Assembly: GCA_947588685.1 (NCBI GenBank)
Contig: CANPYM010000002.1
Coordinates: 25,964-89,963, forward strand
From: an uncultured Bacilli bacterium
GTDB taxonomy: Bacteria; Bacillota_I; Bacilli_A; RF39; UBA660
Length of the DNA: 64,000 nucleotides
Direction of reading: 5' to 3'
Positions 8,501 to 16,517 of this stretch are shown in pieces (position 1 is the first letter of the stretch; each line of letters begins with the position of its first letter). The notes beneath the pieces are model-generated. The model was not told where the DNA came from. It made no database searches and saw only the letters and a list, made by a program, of their open reading frames with translations. The translations under genes were made by a program, and so were the position numbers.

Positions 8501-10728
8501 CTTATCTAACAGATTTAAATAATTATGTTCAAAAGATTCGGGCAACCGATGGTTTTGATGAAAATCTTAGTGTTATTAACTCAACAGAAATAGGAACTAA
8601 GAATGCGTTATTCTCTGTTCCAGCTACTAAAGTATACGATAGTATTGTAAGTGGTATTGAAGGAGACACAACTGCTCAAATTAATCGTGTTTATAATTCG
8701 TTATTAGCGTTTGAAGAAATGATGACGATTTTCTATAATCATAAAGGTTTATCTTTAACGCCAGAAGAAAGTGTTGATATGGCCCCAGCATCAAGAATTA
8801 ACATTCGGGCAATGCGGATGTTTGATGGCGCATTTATGTATGCATCTGGGGATCACATCGGTATCGGTCAGGCATCAGTGCCTGGTTTAATGCAAGGTAT
8901 ACCAAATCAAGGTACGGGTGCTGATATGACAACAACCGGTTACTTTGGTTGGGGTATCAGCCATGAGATTGGTCACCAAATCAATCAAGGTAATTTAGCT
9001 CATGCTGAAGTTACTAACAATGTTTTTGCTTTACTTGCGCAAACAAGTGATGATAAAACCGCTCCTCGTATCGCTGATCGAATGGACCGCATTTATCAGA
9101 AAGTAACATCTAATACTTTGGGTAAAGGAACAGATGTCTTTGTTACTTTAGCAATGTATTGGCAATTACATTTAGCTTATGATGATGCTTATACTTTCAG
9201 TGATACAAACTCTATCTTTGCTAAAATAAATAAAGAGAGTAGAAGGGTAAATCAAGATGAAACATTAAAGAGTATGAGTAAAGATGAACTTCTTATTGCT
9301 CTTGCTAGTAAGGCATCTGGTTATGACCTTAGAGAATACTATCGTCATTGGGGACTTGCCTCAACAGAAAAAGTTGATAATTATATTGCTGGTCTAAATC
9401 TAAAGACAGAAGAAAGACCAATCTGGTATATCAATGATAATGCTAGAAGATATCGAATGAATGGTGGCGCTAAAACACCAGAGACGACATCAATTGTGGC
9501 TTTCTTATCTGAAGAAGACCCACAAAATAAACGTTATACTTTAACTTTCAATCCAATTGATGGCTCTGATAGTCGTTATATCTTGGGTTATGAAATTAAA
9601 CGTAATGGTGTACCAATTATGTTTACGACGGAAACGTCATTTACAGATGTTATTGGTGCTTTAAATAATCAAGCTCTTACATATGAAGTAACAGCTTATG
9701 ATATGTATTTAAAACCAACTAATACCGTTAAGTTAAAAGAAGTTAAAGTAAGACATGATGGAAGCATTAATAAAGAAGGCTTTACTATCGAGTCTAACTT
9801 CAAACATAATGGTGAAGTTGTAAGCTATGAAGATGAAAGTTTTGATAGCAAGAAATTAAGTGTTAATAATCTATTAGATGGAAAAAATAGTACCTTCATT
9901 GGTGATACGAGAATTTCTGATAAAGAAGTTGAAACAGTTGATAAGGGCGATGCTAGTATCATTATTGATTTAAATAGTGCAATGTCCGTATCAGGTATTG
10001 CTTATACGGCTGGTACTGATGAAAATGGCCTTTTAGCTAACACTATTTCTAAGTATGCTGTTTATGTAAGTAAAGATCGTAATACTTGGGATAAAGTAAA
10101 AGAAGGTACATTTGATTTTGAAAAATCTAAAGATTATAAAAATACCATTTATTTTGACAAAATAGGTACAACTGGTGGTAACCAATTATGGACTTATAAT
10201 GATATATCCTATATTAAGATTGTATCTGTCGGAAATACAAATGGTATAAGTGGTGCGGAAATAGATGTTATTGCTCCTCCAGGCGATAATGTTGAATTAG
10301 ATAATGTTGGTAAATTATCCAAAGATTATAAATATCAAGGCGAAGATGGAAGTGAGAAAACAATCGAAGCTGGCTCAATTGTCTTCACAGGTAATTATCG
10401 TGGTAATCCAACTTTCAACGTTATGTTGATGGTTGATGCTACCAATGCTGAAAAAGTCTTTGATGGTGAAAACTTCTTATTTGCTAAATTAACAGACGAT
10501 GGTACTGTAAGTGAAACTTATGATGGTACTTGGTTCTATGTTGTTAGTAAAGAAACTTATGAAGATATGTGTAAGGGTAGTGTTAGAGCCGAATTATATC
10601 GGGTAAATGATCCACATACTAATGATGGTGAACGCCTTACAAGTACATCACTTTCCCTAAGTGATTTAGCAGCATATGAAGAACTTCCAGATTTAAATAT
10701 TGTTGACTCTACTAAGGAGGTTTCATAG
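5548..10728 (+). CDS. large secreted multidomain protein: type-I dockerin + FN3 repeats + M60-like (enhancin-like) zinc metallopeptidase + discoidin/CBM32-like C-terminus
   Basis: Signal peptide MKRLFRSLLALALIFGLYVPQVLA. Duplicated Ca-loop DVNGDNAVDEKD / DLDRDGEIQIND (~6127-6275). HEIGHQINQGNLAHAE = HExxHx10E (8961-8975). Confidence 0.8.
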   Translation: MKRLFRSLLALALIFGLYVPQVLAFPPLFNEPISILAEADSLLSTSLEQPSFVGTGNLELDLKFSLPIKNVANPNIKVTLKDSSNASFTINLNDYPTMTRDNYTLGDQKGEFSIRKMEVVTKEDGNISYEDVKNGVDSSDVKYYAMTIYGLRQGTYSVTLSGNGYKDYTVTGIKLDDYAKRVTMSNDRGLFEVGDVNGDNAVDEKDIDGIIAHIGSKDAADLNKYDLDRDGEIQINDMAMAASSINGEVEKVSIENTMAIISADSFSIDESSTSIDGDIADLFTPDGSVGVHPSDTEAEISEENPAVISLDMKKPVEMGEIRIETGHDNVPEEMTVIVLDENDKEHEFKVAKQQVEAIAHKFTDKSSEGTIVVDLEGQIAVKKVTIKITKSSGKNLAEIAEVEFLNNVKEDVAPPEINIPSGLKANLGSEQVTLTWNGIPNVTGYEVLFQTLDTSGNVTKNEILQTTYTNYTIEDLKNYKDYRAAVRGVNGDWKGAYSAEITFQPEASRKPPAPDMVNVTPTFAGLDISWKDMKDTLSYNIYYRALGAEEFEEIREYKGTSYKLRNLLPSTAYEVYISGNNPNGEGARSLKASGTTLAEGAAITPKYKLINKSNGGDITSHIKEVVSSLGTMSNGDNTALVDDDFHTYWEHKDWQVNASANYSFGAPIIVLDQEYTMDRFALTIPDSYTFSYKGGSYDPTSRDYNDVKVFYWSGDDVRSTQNSIVVHGKLELKKDKNNRSYYVLKLQEPIKANAVQFGLTVAGNTKLIQISEVKLYEYDSIADEVNALFTDDLHLVLADGVNEARLKALEERLNTVDKESGEYHPDKDAIQADIDYARRILNDEDLSKEIITVNQNITAKKHTGFSQLSELQPLGIVARPGETITIYMGTDTNVHPQVVFTQFYAEAGGWSVTKGNLNNGANVIEVPKVNSMDVDKGGAVYIKYPNSAPTKGTIKIRVSGGERIPMLDLYSNLSDEVESKAIISSYLTDLNNYVQKIRATDGFDENLSVINSTEIGTKNALFSVPATKVYDSIVSGIEGDTTAQINRVYNSLLAFEEMMTIFYNHKGLSLTPEESVDMAPASRINIRAMRMFDGAFMYASGDHIGIGQASVPGLMQGIPNQGTGADMTTTGYFGWGISHEIGHQINQGNLAHAEVTNNVFALLAQTSDDKTAPRIADRMDRIYQKVTSNTLGKGTDVFVTLAMYWQLHLAYDDAYTFSDTNSIFAKINKESRRVNQDETLKSMSKDELLIALASKASGYDLREYYRHWGLASTEKVDNYIAGLNLKTEERPIWYINDNARRYRMNGGAKTPETTSIVAFLSEEDPQNKRYTLTFNPIDGSDSRYILGYEIKRNGVPIMFTTETSFTDVIGALNNQALTYEVTAYDMYLKPTNTVKLKEVKVRHDGSINKEGFTIESNFKHNGEVVSYEDESFDSKKLSVNNLLDGKNSTFIGDTRISDKEVETVDKGDASIIIDLNSAMSVSGIAYTAGTDENGLLANTISKYAVYVSKDRNTWDKVKEGTFDFEKSKDYKNTIYFDKIGTTGGNQLWTYNDISYIKIVSVGNTNGISGAEIDVIAPPGDNVELDNVGKLSKDYKYQGEDGSEKTIEAGSIVFTGNYRGNPTFNVMLMVDATNAEKVFDGENFLFAKLTDDGTVSETYDGTWFYVVSKETYEDMCKGSVRAELYRVNDPHTNDGERLTSTSLSLSDLAAYEELPDLNIVDSTKEVS

Positions 10729-10729
10729 A

Positions 10730-11587
10730 ATGAAGAAAATGATGTTAACTTGCTTTGCAGTTACATCTTTCTTCCTATGCTTAATGGTTACACATGCGAC
10801 AACCTTAAATCGCGAAAGTAGTAGTAATGGCGAAGTTAAACTATCCTTAACGGTTGATGAAGGATATGTTGGCGGTATTGATGTAACATTAAAAATATCA
10901 GGGGATGTAACTTATAGTAATTTTACTTGGGATACTTCATTTAGTAAGTATGTTAAGAAAAATATATATAATGAAAATAATAAAGAATTAAGCCTTTATG
11001 TCGCAACCGGTAGTACTAGTAAAAATTTAGCTAATGATAAACGTAATATCCCACTAGGAACGATGAAAGTAAGTTCTAGTAAAGATACAAAGTACAATAT
11101 TACAGTTAGTAAATTAGTTCTTACCGATATGGATTATAAATATATTACAAAAACCGATGTAACTAATAATCCTGATAGCGAATTAACTTTTAAAAAGACG
11201 AATAGTTCTAATTCAAATAGTAACTCTAGTAGCAACTCCAATAGTAATTCTAGTTCTAGTGGAAATAGTGGATCTAGTTCTAGTGGAGGAACTAGTAGTG
11301 GTACAACATCAAATAGTAGTTCAACACAAAGTACAGGAAGTACATCATCTAATGTTACGAGTAATAATTCATCATTAAATAGTAATACTATAGATGATCA
11401 ACCTAGTAACACGTCCAAAGATGATACTATAACTAGTAACAATGATAAAGAAAATATTGAAAGTACTAAAGAAGAAGTAAAAGATAAAAAACGTAATAGT
11501 AACGCTATTGCGATTGTATCTTTCTGTATCTTAGTTGTCGTTGCGGCTTGTCTCATCTTATGGCGAAGTATAACTAAAATGAAATAG
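10730..11587 (+). CDS. cell-surface protein: signal peptide + cohesin-like beta domain + Ser/Asn-rich linker + C-terminal TM anchor
   Basis: MKKMMLTCFAVTSFFLCLMVTHA signal peptide. ~130-aa beta-rich domain (VKLSLTVDEGYVGGIDVTLKISGDV...FTWDTSF...LSLYVATGST). (S/N)n low-complexity linker. C-terminal AIAIVSFCILVVVAACLILW + RS. RBS AAGGAGG. Confidence 0.6.
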   Translation: MKKMMLTCFAVTSFFLCLMVTHATTLNRESSSNGEVKLSLTVDEGYVGGIDVTLKISGDVTYSNFTWDTSFSKYVKKNIYNENNKELSLYVATGSTSKNLANDKRNIPLGTMKVSSSKDTKYNITVSKLVLTDMDYKYITKTDVTNNPDSELTFKKTNSSNSNSNSSSNSNSNSSSSGNSGSSSSGGTSSGTTSNSSSTQSTGSTSSNVTSNNSSLNSNTIDDQPSNTSKDDTITSNNDKENIESTKEEVKDKKRNSNAIAIVSFCILVVVAACLILWRSITKMK

Positions 11588-11617
11588 AGAAAAGGATTTA
11601 TCTTTTCTCTTTTTTTG
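11586..11617 (+). terminator. rho-independent terminator
   Basis: AGAGAAAAG-GATTTAT-CTTTTCTCT followed by T7. Confidence 0.65.
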
Positions 11618-11642
11618 TTATAATAGTTAAAGAGGTGATAAA

Positions 11643-12506
11643 ATGCCGGAACTACCAGAAGTAGAAACAGTAAGAAAAGTTTTAGAGAAAAAAGTCGTTG
11701 GGGAAAAGATTAAAGAAGTATATGTATATTATTCTAAAATTATTGAAGAACCTAGCGTTGAAGAGTTTAAAGAAAAATTAAAAGGTAAAACCATAACAGC
11801 GATGGACCGGCGCGGTAAATGGTTAATATTTGTTTTAGATGATACATATTATTTACTTACTCACCTAAGAATGGAAGGACGCTTCTTCTTTAGAAATCAT
11901 GATGATGAGGTCTCACGCCATGAACACGTTGCCTTTCTTTTTGAAAGTGGTTTAGAACTAAGATATAATGATACCCGTAAATTTGGCCGAATGTATCTAT
12001 TAAAAAAAGATGATGCCTTTAAGGTTAAACCTTTAAATGAGCTTGGTAAAGAACCTTGGGATAAAACATTAACTGAAGATTATTTACTTGCTTCTTATAA
12101 AATGCGTCGTCTACCTATTAAAACAGTTTTATTAGATCAAAGTATCATTACAGGTATTGGCAATATTTATGCTGATGAAATCCTTAAAATGAGTTCTTTA
12201 TATCCTCTCACACCAGCTAATGAATTAACGCGTAGGGATTGCACGAATATTATTAATAATACGAAAGAGGTCTTAAATAAGGCTCTAGCTAGTGGGGGAA
12301 CGACAATTCGTTCTTATGAGTCTAGTGAGGGTGTTCACGGCCGGTTTCAAAACCAACTATTAGTCCACAGTAAAGAGGGGGAGGATTGCCCTAGTTGTGG
12401 CTCTAAAATCGTCAAAATAAGAGTCGGTGGAAGGGGTACCTATTACTGCCCTAATTGCCAACGAGAAAGGCCTAAAACAGCAAAAACTAAAAAGGTAAAA
12501 AAATAG
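11643..12506 (+). CDS. mutM: formamidopyrimidine-DNA glycosylase
   Basis: N-terminal MPELPEVETVRK. C-terminal zinc finger CPSCGS...CPNCQ. Confidence 0.95.
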   Translation: MPELPEVETVRKVLEKKVVGEKIKEVYVYYSKIIEEPSVEEFKEKLKGKTITAMDRRGKWLIFVLDDTYYLLTHLRMEGRFFFRNHDDEVSRHEHVAFLFESGLELRYNDTRKFGRMYLLKKDDAFKVKPLNELGKEPWDKTLTEDYLLASYKMRRLPIKTVLLDQSIITGIGNIYADEILKMSSLYPLTPANELTRRDCTNIINNTKEVLNKALASGGTTIRSYESSEGVHGRFQNQLLVHSKEGEDCPSCGSKIVKIRVGGRGTYYCPNCQRERPKTAKTKKVKK

Positions 12507-12544
12507 AAAAATAAAATTTGTCAAAAATTAAAAAAAATAAAAAA

Positions 12545-12581
12545 AGAGAAAAAAAGTTAAAACACAATTTTTCTCTTTTTT
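12545..12581 (+). terminator. rho-independent terminator
   Basis: AGAGAAAAA...TTTTTCTCT stem followed by T-run. Confidence 0.55.
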
Positions 12582-12620
12582 AATACTTTTTCCTTATATT
12601 TCAAGGAAACAAAAGGCTTG

Positions 12621-12792
12621 AAGTGTCAAAATGACACACTAGATAAAAAATCAAAAAAATTAAAAATTAAAAAATGTAAAGAAATAAAAAAACTAAATTA
12701 TTGAAAAATAATACATAAAGGTAACATCATTAAAAAACCACTCAAAAAGTGATCAAAAAGTATTGCATTCTGTCTAAAATGAAGAGTATAAT
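12621..12792 (+). promoter_or_regulatory. nrd upstream control region: two inverted repeats (NrdR-box-like) and promoter TTGCAT-18-TATAAT
   Basis: GTGTCA-aaa-TGACAC at 12623-12637. CACTC-aaaa-AGTG at 12746-12758, immediately upstream of the -35. TATAAT at 12787-12792. Confidence 0.35.
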
Positions 12793-12823
12793 CAAATTAG
12801 ATAGTAGGAGGTCAAGTAAGGAT

Positions 12824-15139
12824 ATGTCAGATTCATACAACAAGATAACATTAGACGTAATTAAAAGAAATGGAAAAAAAGTATCCTTTGATGCTAGTAA
12901 AATAGCCCTAGCTATTAAAAAAGGTTTTGATAGCGTTGTTACAGTATCAAATGATGCCGAAGGCGAAGAAAAGAAAGTATACACCGGTGAGGATATCAAT
13001 AAAGTATATCTCGGCGTTATTAAGAGTATTGAGAAAAAATATAAAGATGAAACCAGAATTAAAATTGAAGAGATTCAAGATTTAATTGAACAAGAATTAG
13101 AGAAACAAGGTTATGATGATGTTTATAAATCATTCTCTGAGTATCGGGAACGTCGTAACCAATCAAGAGCTTTGTTTGCTGATGATAAAAAGATTCACAA
13201 GTTTTTAAAAACCCTTGAAGGACTAGGGTTAAAATCAGCAACCGAAGATGATACTAAAAGAGAAAATGCTAATATCGATGGCGATAGCGCTATGGGTACC
13301 ATGCTTCAATATGGTAGTACTGTTTCTAAGGAGTTTGCTAAAGCATACTTAATGAAAAAAAGATTTTCAATGGCTCATGATGAAGGAGATATCCACATTC
13401 ATGATATGGATTTCTTAGCTATGGGTACAACTACTTGTATGCAAATTGAACTTGATAAACTATTTAAGAAAGGTTTTTCAACCGGTCATGGTCATTTAAG
13501 AACACCAGCTAGTATTGGTTCATATAGTGCGTTAGCAGCAATTGCTATTCAGTCTAACCAAAACGATCAACATGGTGGACAATCAATTCCGGCATTCGAT
13601 TATTATATGGCTCCAGGTGTTATTAAGACCTTTAAAAAAGAGTTTAAACAACAAATATATGATTTGTTAGATTATATGGATTTACTTTCATTTATCAATA
13701 TGGATAGAGTTGTTAAAGAAATTGATAAATTGACATCAATCGAATTTGATATTGAAAGATTTGAACCTATTTATAATAATTCAGCATCTATCAAAAGATT
13801 GTTTGTTAAGTCATATGAAAAAGCTTTAGCTAAGACAAATCGTCAAACTTATCAAGCTATGGAAGCTTTTGTTCATAACTTAAATACGATGCATTCAAGA
13901 GCAGGAGCGCAAGTACCATTTTCATCTGTTAACTTTGGTACGGATACGAGCGCTGAAGGAAGAATGGTTATTAAAAACTTCCTAGAGGCTACAGAAGCTG
14001 GTCTCGGTAAAGGTGAAACACCAATCTTCCCAGTATCTATTTTCAAGGTTAAGGAAGGTGTTAACTATAATCCGGGTGATCCTAACTATGATTTATTTAA
14101 GTTAGCTTGCCGAGTTTCAGCTAAAAGATTATTCCCTAACTTCTCTTTCTTAGATGCTCCATTTAACTTGGAATATTATAAAGAAGGCGATTACCGCACA
14201 GAAGTTGGTTATATGGGATGTCGTACGAGAGTTATGGCTGATGTAACTGATGTTAATAATCAAACAACTGGTGGTCGTGGTAATTTATCATTTACTTCTA
14301 TTAACTTACCAAGGTTAGGTATAAAACATGGTATTTGCTTAAAAGAACGTGATAAAGCTGATATGAAAGGCTTCTATAAGGATTTAGGCGAAATGATGGA
14401 TTTAGTTCGTGATCAATTACTTGAACGTTTTGAAATCCAATGTAGTAAAAGAGTTTATAACTTCCCATTCTTGTTAGGCTCTGGTGTTTGGACTGATGGT
14501 GATAAGCTAAAACCAACTGATCGCTTACGGAAGATTTTAAAACACGGGACTTTAACAATTGGTTTTATCGGCCTTGCTGAAACGCTTAAAGCTTTAATTG
14601 GTAAACATCATGGTGAGAGTGAAGAAGCTCAAAAATTAGGTTTGGAAATAATTACCTTTATGCGTAAAAGATGCAACGAATATTGTAAAGAATACAACTT
14701 AAACTTTACTTTAATTGCAACCCCAGCTGAAGGCTTGTCAGGACGCTTTGTAGCGATTGATAAAGCAATCTATGGACGGATTAAAGGTGTAACAGATAGA
14801 AATTATTATACGAATTCTTTCCACGTTCCTGTTTACTATAATATTAGTATTAAGGATAAGATTATGAAAGAAGCTCCATATCATAATTTAACTAATGGTG
14901 GACATATTTCTTACATTGAGTTAGATGGTGATACGGTTCAAAATGTTGAAGCTTTCGAGAAAGTAATTCGTTTAATGAAAGAAGCAGGTATTGGTTATGG
15001 TGCAATTAACCACCCTGTTGATCGTGATCCTGTATGTGGATACGTTGGGGTTATTGGTGATGTTTGTCCAGGATGTGGACGTAAAGAGTTTGATAGTGTA
15101 CCACTAGAAGAAGTAAAATCCCTTAATTGTGGATGTTAG
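12824..15139 (+). CDS. nrdD: anaerobic ribonucleoside-triphosphate reductase (class III) large polypeptide, ending after the Zn-ribbon and lacking the glycyl-radical segment
   Basis: ATP-cone N-terminus, class III RNR core, C-terminal CPGCG...NCGC then TAG. Start placed at ATG 12824 after TAGGAGG. Confidence 0.85.
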   Translation: MSDSYNKITLDVIKRNGKKVSFDASKIALAIKKGFDSVVTVSNDAEGEEKKVYTGEDINKVYLGVIKSIEKKYKDETRIKIEEIQDLIEQELEKQGYDDVYKSFSEYRERRNQSRALFADDKKIHKFLKTLEGLGLKSATEDDTKRENANIDGDSAMGTMLQYGSTVSKEFAKAYLMKKRFSMAHDEGDIHIHDMDFLAMGTTTCMQIELDKLFKKGFSTGHGHLRTPASIGSYSALAAIAIQSNQNDQHGGQSIPAFDYYMAPGVIKTFKKEFKQQIYDLLDYMDLLSFINMDRVVKEIDKLTSIEFDIERFEPIYNNSASIKRLFVKSYEKALAKTNRQTYQAMEAFVHNLNTMHSRAGAQVPFSSVNFGTDTSAEGRMVIKNFLEATEAGLGKGETPIFPVSIFKVKEGVNYNPGDPNYDLFKLACRVSAKRLFPNFSFLDAPFNLEYYKEGDYRTEVGYMGCRTRVMADVTDVNNQTTGGRGNLSFTSINLPRLGIKHGICLKERDKADMKGFYKDLGEMMDLVRDQLLERFEIQCSKRVYNFPFLLGSGVWTDGDKLKPTDRLRKILKHGTLTIGFIGLAETLKALIGKHHGESEEAQKLGLEIITFMRKRCNEYCKEYNLNFTLIATPAEGLSGRFVAIDKAIYGRIKGVTDRNYYTNSFHVPVYYNISIKDKIMKEAPYHNLTNGGHISYIELDGDTVQNVEAFEKVIRLMKEAGIGYGAINHPVDRDPVCGYVGVIGDVCPGCGRKEFDSVPLEEVKSLNCGC

Positions 15140-15153
15140 AAAGGAAGGATATT

Positions 15154-15333
15154 ATGGAAAAATTAGTTGGTGAAGGAGTTGGCTTTGAAAGAATTAGAAG
15201 GGTAACAGGATACCTTTCAGGAGATGTTAGACGTTTCAATAACGCTAAACAATGCGAAGAAAAAGATCGTGTCAAACATTCCGGAATCAAAGAAGTTTTA
15301 AATAGTTCAACTTGCCCAAAAGAAGCTAAATAA
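15154..15333 (+). CDS. stand-alone NrdD C-terminal glycyl-radical segment (59 aa), or the 3' piece of a frameshifted nrdD
   Basis: MEKLVGEGVGFERIRRVTGYLSGDVRRFNNAKQCEEKDRVKH carries the RxxGY glycyl-radical motif and an NrdD-like C-tail. Own RBS AAGGAAGG with 5-nt spacing. Stop overlaps the nrdG start. Confidence 0.6.
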   Translation: MEKLVGEGVGFERIRRVTGYLSGDVRRFNNAKQCEEKDRVKHSGIKEVLNSSTCPKEAK

Positions 15334-15896
15334 TGACGATTCGATTAGCTAGTGAACTACAAATCGATAGTGTGGTTGATGGAACTGGTGTTAGGGCTGT
15401 TATCTGGACACAAGGTTGTGCTCATAACTGTCCTGGATGCCATAATCCACAGACCCATAGTTTCGATGATGGCTTTTTAAAAGATGTCGATGAGTTGATT
15501 GAAGAGATTCAAACTATGGAAGGTCAAACAGGTATAACCTTTAGTGGTGGCGATCCCATGTATCAACCTGAGGCGTGTGCGGTTATTGCGAAGGCCGCTC
15601 ATAAATGTAAGTTGGACGTATGGTGTTATACCGGATTTACGTTTGAAGAAGTACTTAAAATGCGTGATACAAATAAAGCTGTTAAAGACTTCTTAAATGA
15701 GATTGATGTTCTTGTTGATGGAAGATTTATAATGGCTAAGCGTAGTTATAATATCAAGTTTAGAGGTTCGACGAATCAAAGAATTATTGATGTTAAAAAG
15801 AGTTTAAAACAAAAAAAAGTTGTTATAGCTTTATCAGATGATGTTGAAGTAACCCATAACTATGGCAGATATGATGATAAAGGACTATACATTTAA
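15333..15896 (+). CDS. nrdG: anaerobic ribonucleotide reductase activating protein (radical SAM)
   Basis: CAHNCPGC cysteine cluster; ~185 aa. Confidence 0.88.
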   Translation: MTIRLASELQIDSVVDGTGVRAVIWTQGCAHNCPGCHNPQTHSFDDGFLKDVDELIEEIQTMEGQTGITFSGGDPMYQPEACAVIAKAAHKCKLDVWCYTGFTFEEVLKMRDTNKAVKDFLNEIDVLVDGRFIMAKRSYNIKFRGSTNQRIIDVKKSLKQKKVVIALSDDVEVTHNYGRYDDKGLYI

Positions 15897-15965
15897 AGCT
15901 ACTATTTAGTAGCTTTTTTGTATAATTTAAAATTAACCTCATATAATTAAAATGAGAGGTTATAT

Positions 15966-16424
15966 ATGCATAAAAAATTAAAAAATATCTTTTATATCTT
16001 TTTTCCTTTAGTTATCGGTGGGATAGTTAGTTTAATAATTAAAGATCATATCGATTATACGACTCTTAGTAAGCCACCTTTAAGTCCCCCTAAATGGGCT
16101 TTCCCTGTTGCTTGGAGTATCATCTACCTTTTAATGGGAATTGCTTATTACGTATTTAGAAAAAAATATCCAACCAATGAGAAGACAGTTTCTCGTCTTT
16201 ATTATTTACAACTCGGTGTCAATGCTTTATGGAGTATCATTTTCTTCTTATTTAAATGGCGTTTTATAGCTATCCTATGGATTTTATGGTTACTTTCTTT
16301 AATTATTCTATTGATGATATCCTTTAGAGAAAAGGAAAAATTATCTTTTTATCTATTTATCCCATATCTTGTTTGGGTCTTATTTGCAACTTACTTAACA
16401 ATTGGTATTTACATTTTAAATTAA
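15966..16424 (+). CDS. tspO: TspO/MBR family tryptophan-rich sensory protein
   Basis: LSPPKWAFPVAWSIIYLLMGIAYY; five TM helices. Confidence 0.75.
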   Translation: MHKKLKNIFYIFFPLVIGGIVSLIIKDHIDYTTLSKPPLSPPKWAFPVAWSIIYLLMGIAYYVFRKKYPTNEKTVSRLYYLQLGVNALWSIIFFLFKWRFIAILWILWLLSLIILLMISFREKEKLSFYLFIPYLVWVLFATYLTIGIYILN

Positions 16425-16517
16425 AGTTACAATGTGTAACTTTTTTAATTATGTAAAATAACCTGAAGAAGTAGAAAAAAACCTTAATTTAGATTATAAT
16501 ATTAATTAGGTGATACA

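Noticed and set aside
11200-11400. Short-period nucleotide repeats (AGT/AAT/AGC units) that could resemble a repeat array
   Set aside because: They are in frame and encode the Ser/Asn-rich low-complexity linker of the anchored surface protein. This is not a CRISPR array (no spacer/repeat alternation).
12749-12823. Longer nrdD N-terminus from the ORF track (MIKKYCILSKMKSIIKLD...)
   Set aside because: No RBS. The stretch overlaps the predicted promoter and -10. ATG 12824 follows TAGGAGG and begins the conserved ATP-cone.
15127-15153. TTG-initiated extension of the small glycyl-radical ORF (MWMLERKDI)
   Set aside because: Overlaps the nrdD stop. The ATG at 15154 has a properly spaced RBS, but the extension would be real if a -1 frameshift joins the two ORFs.
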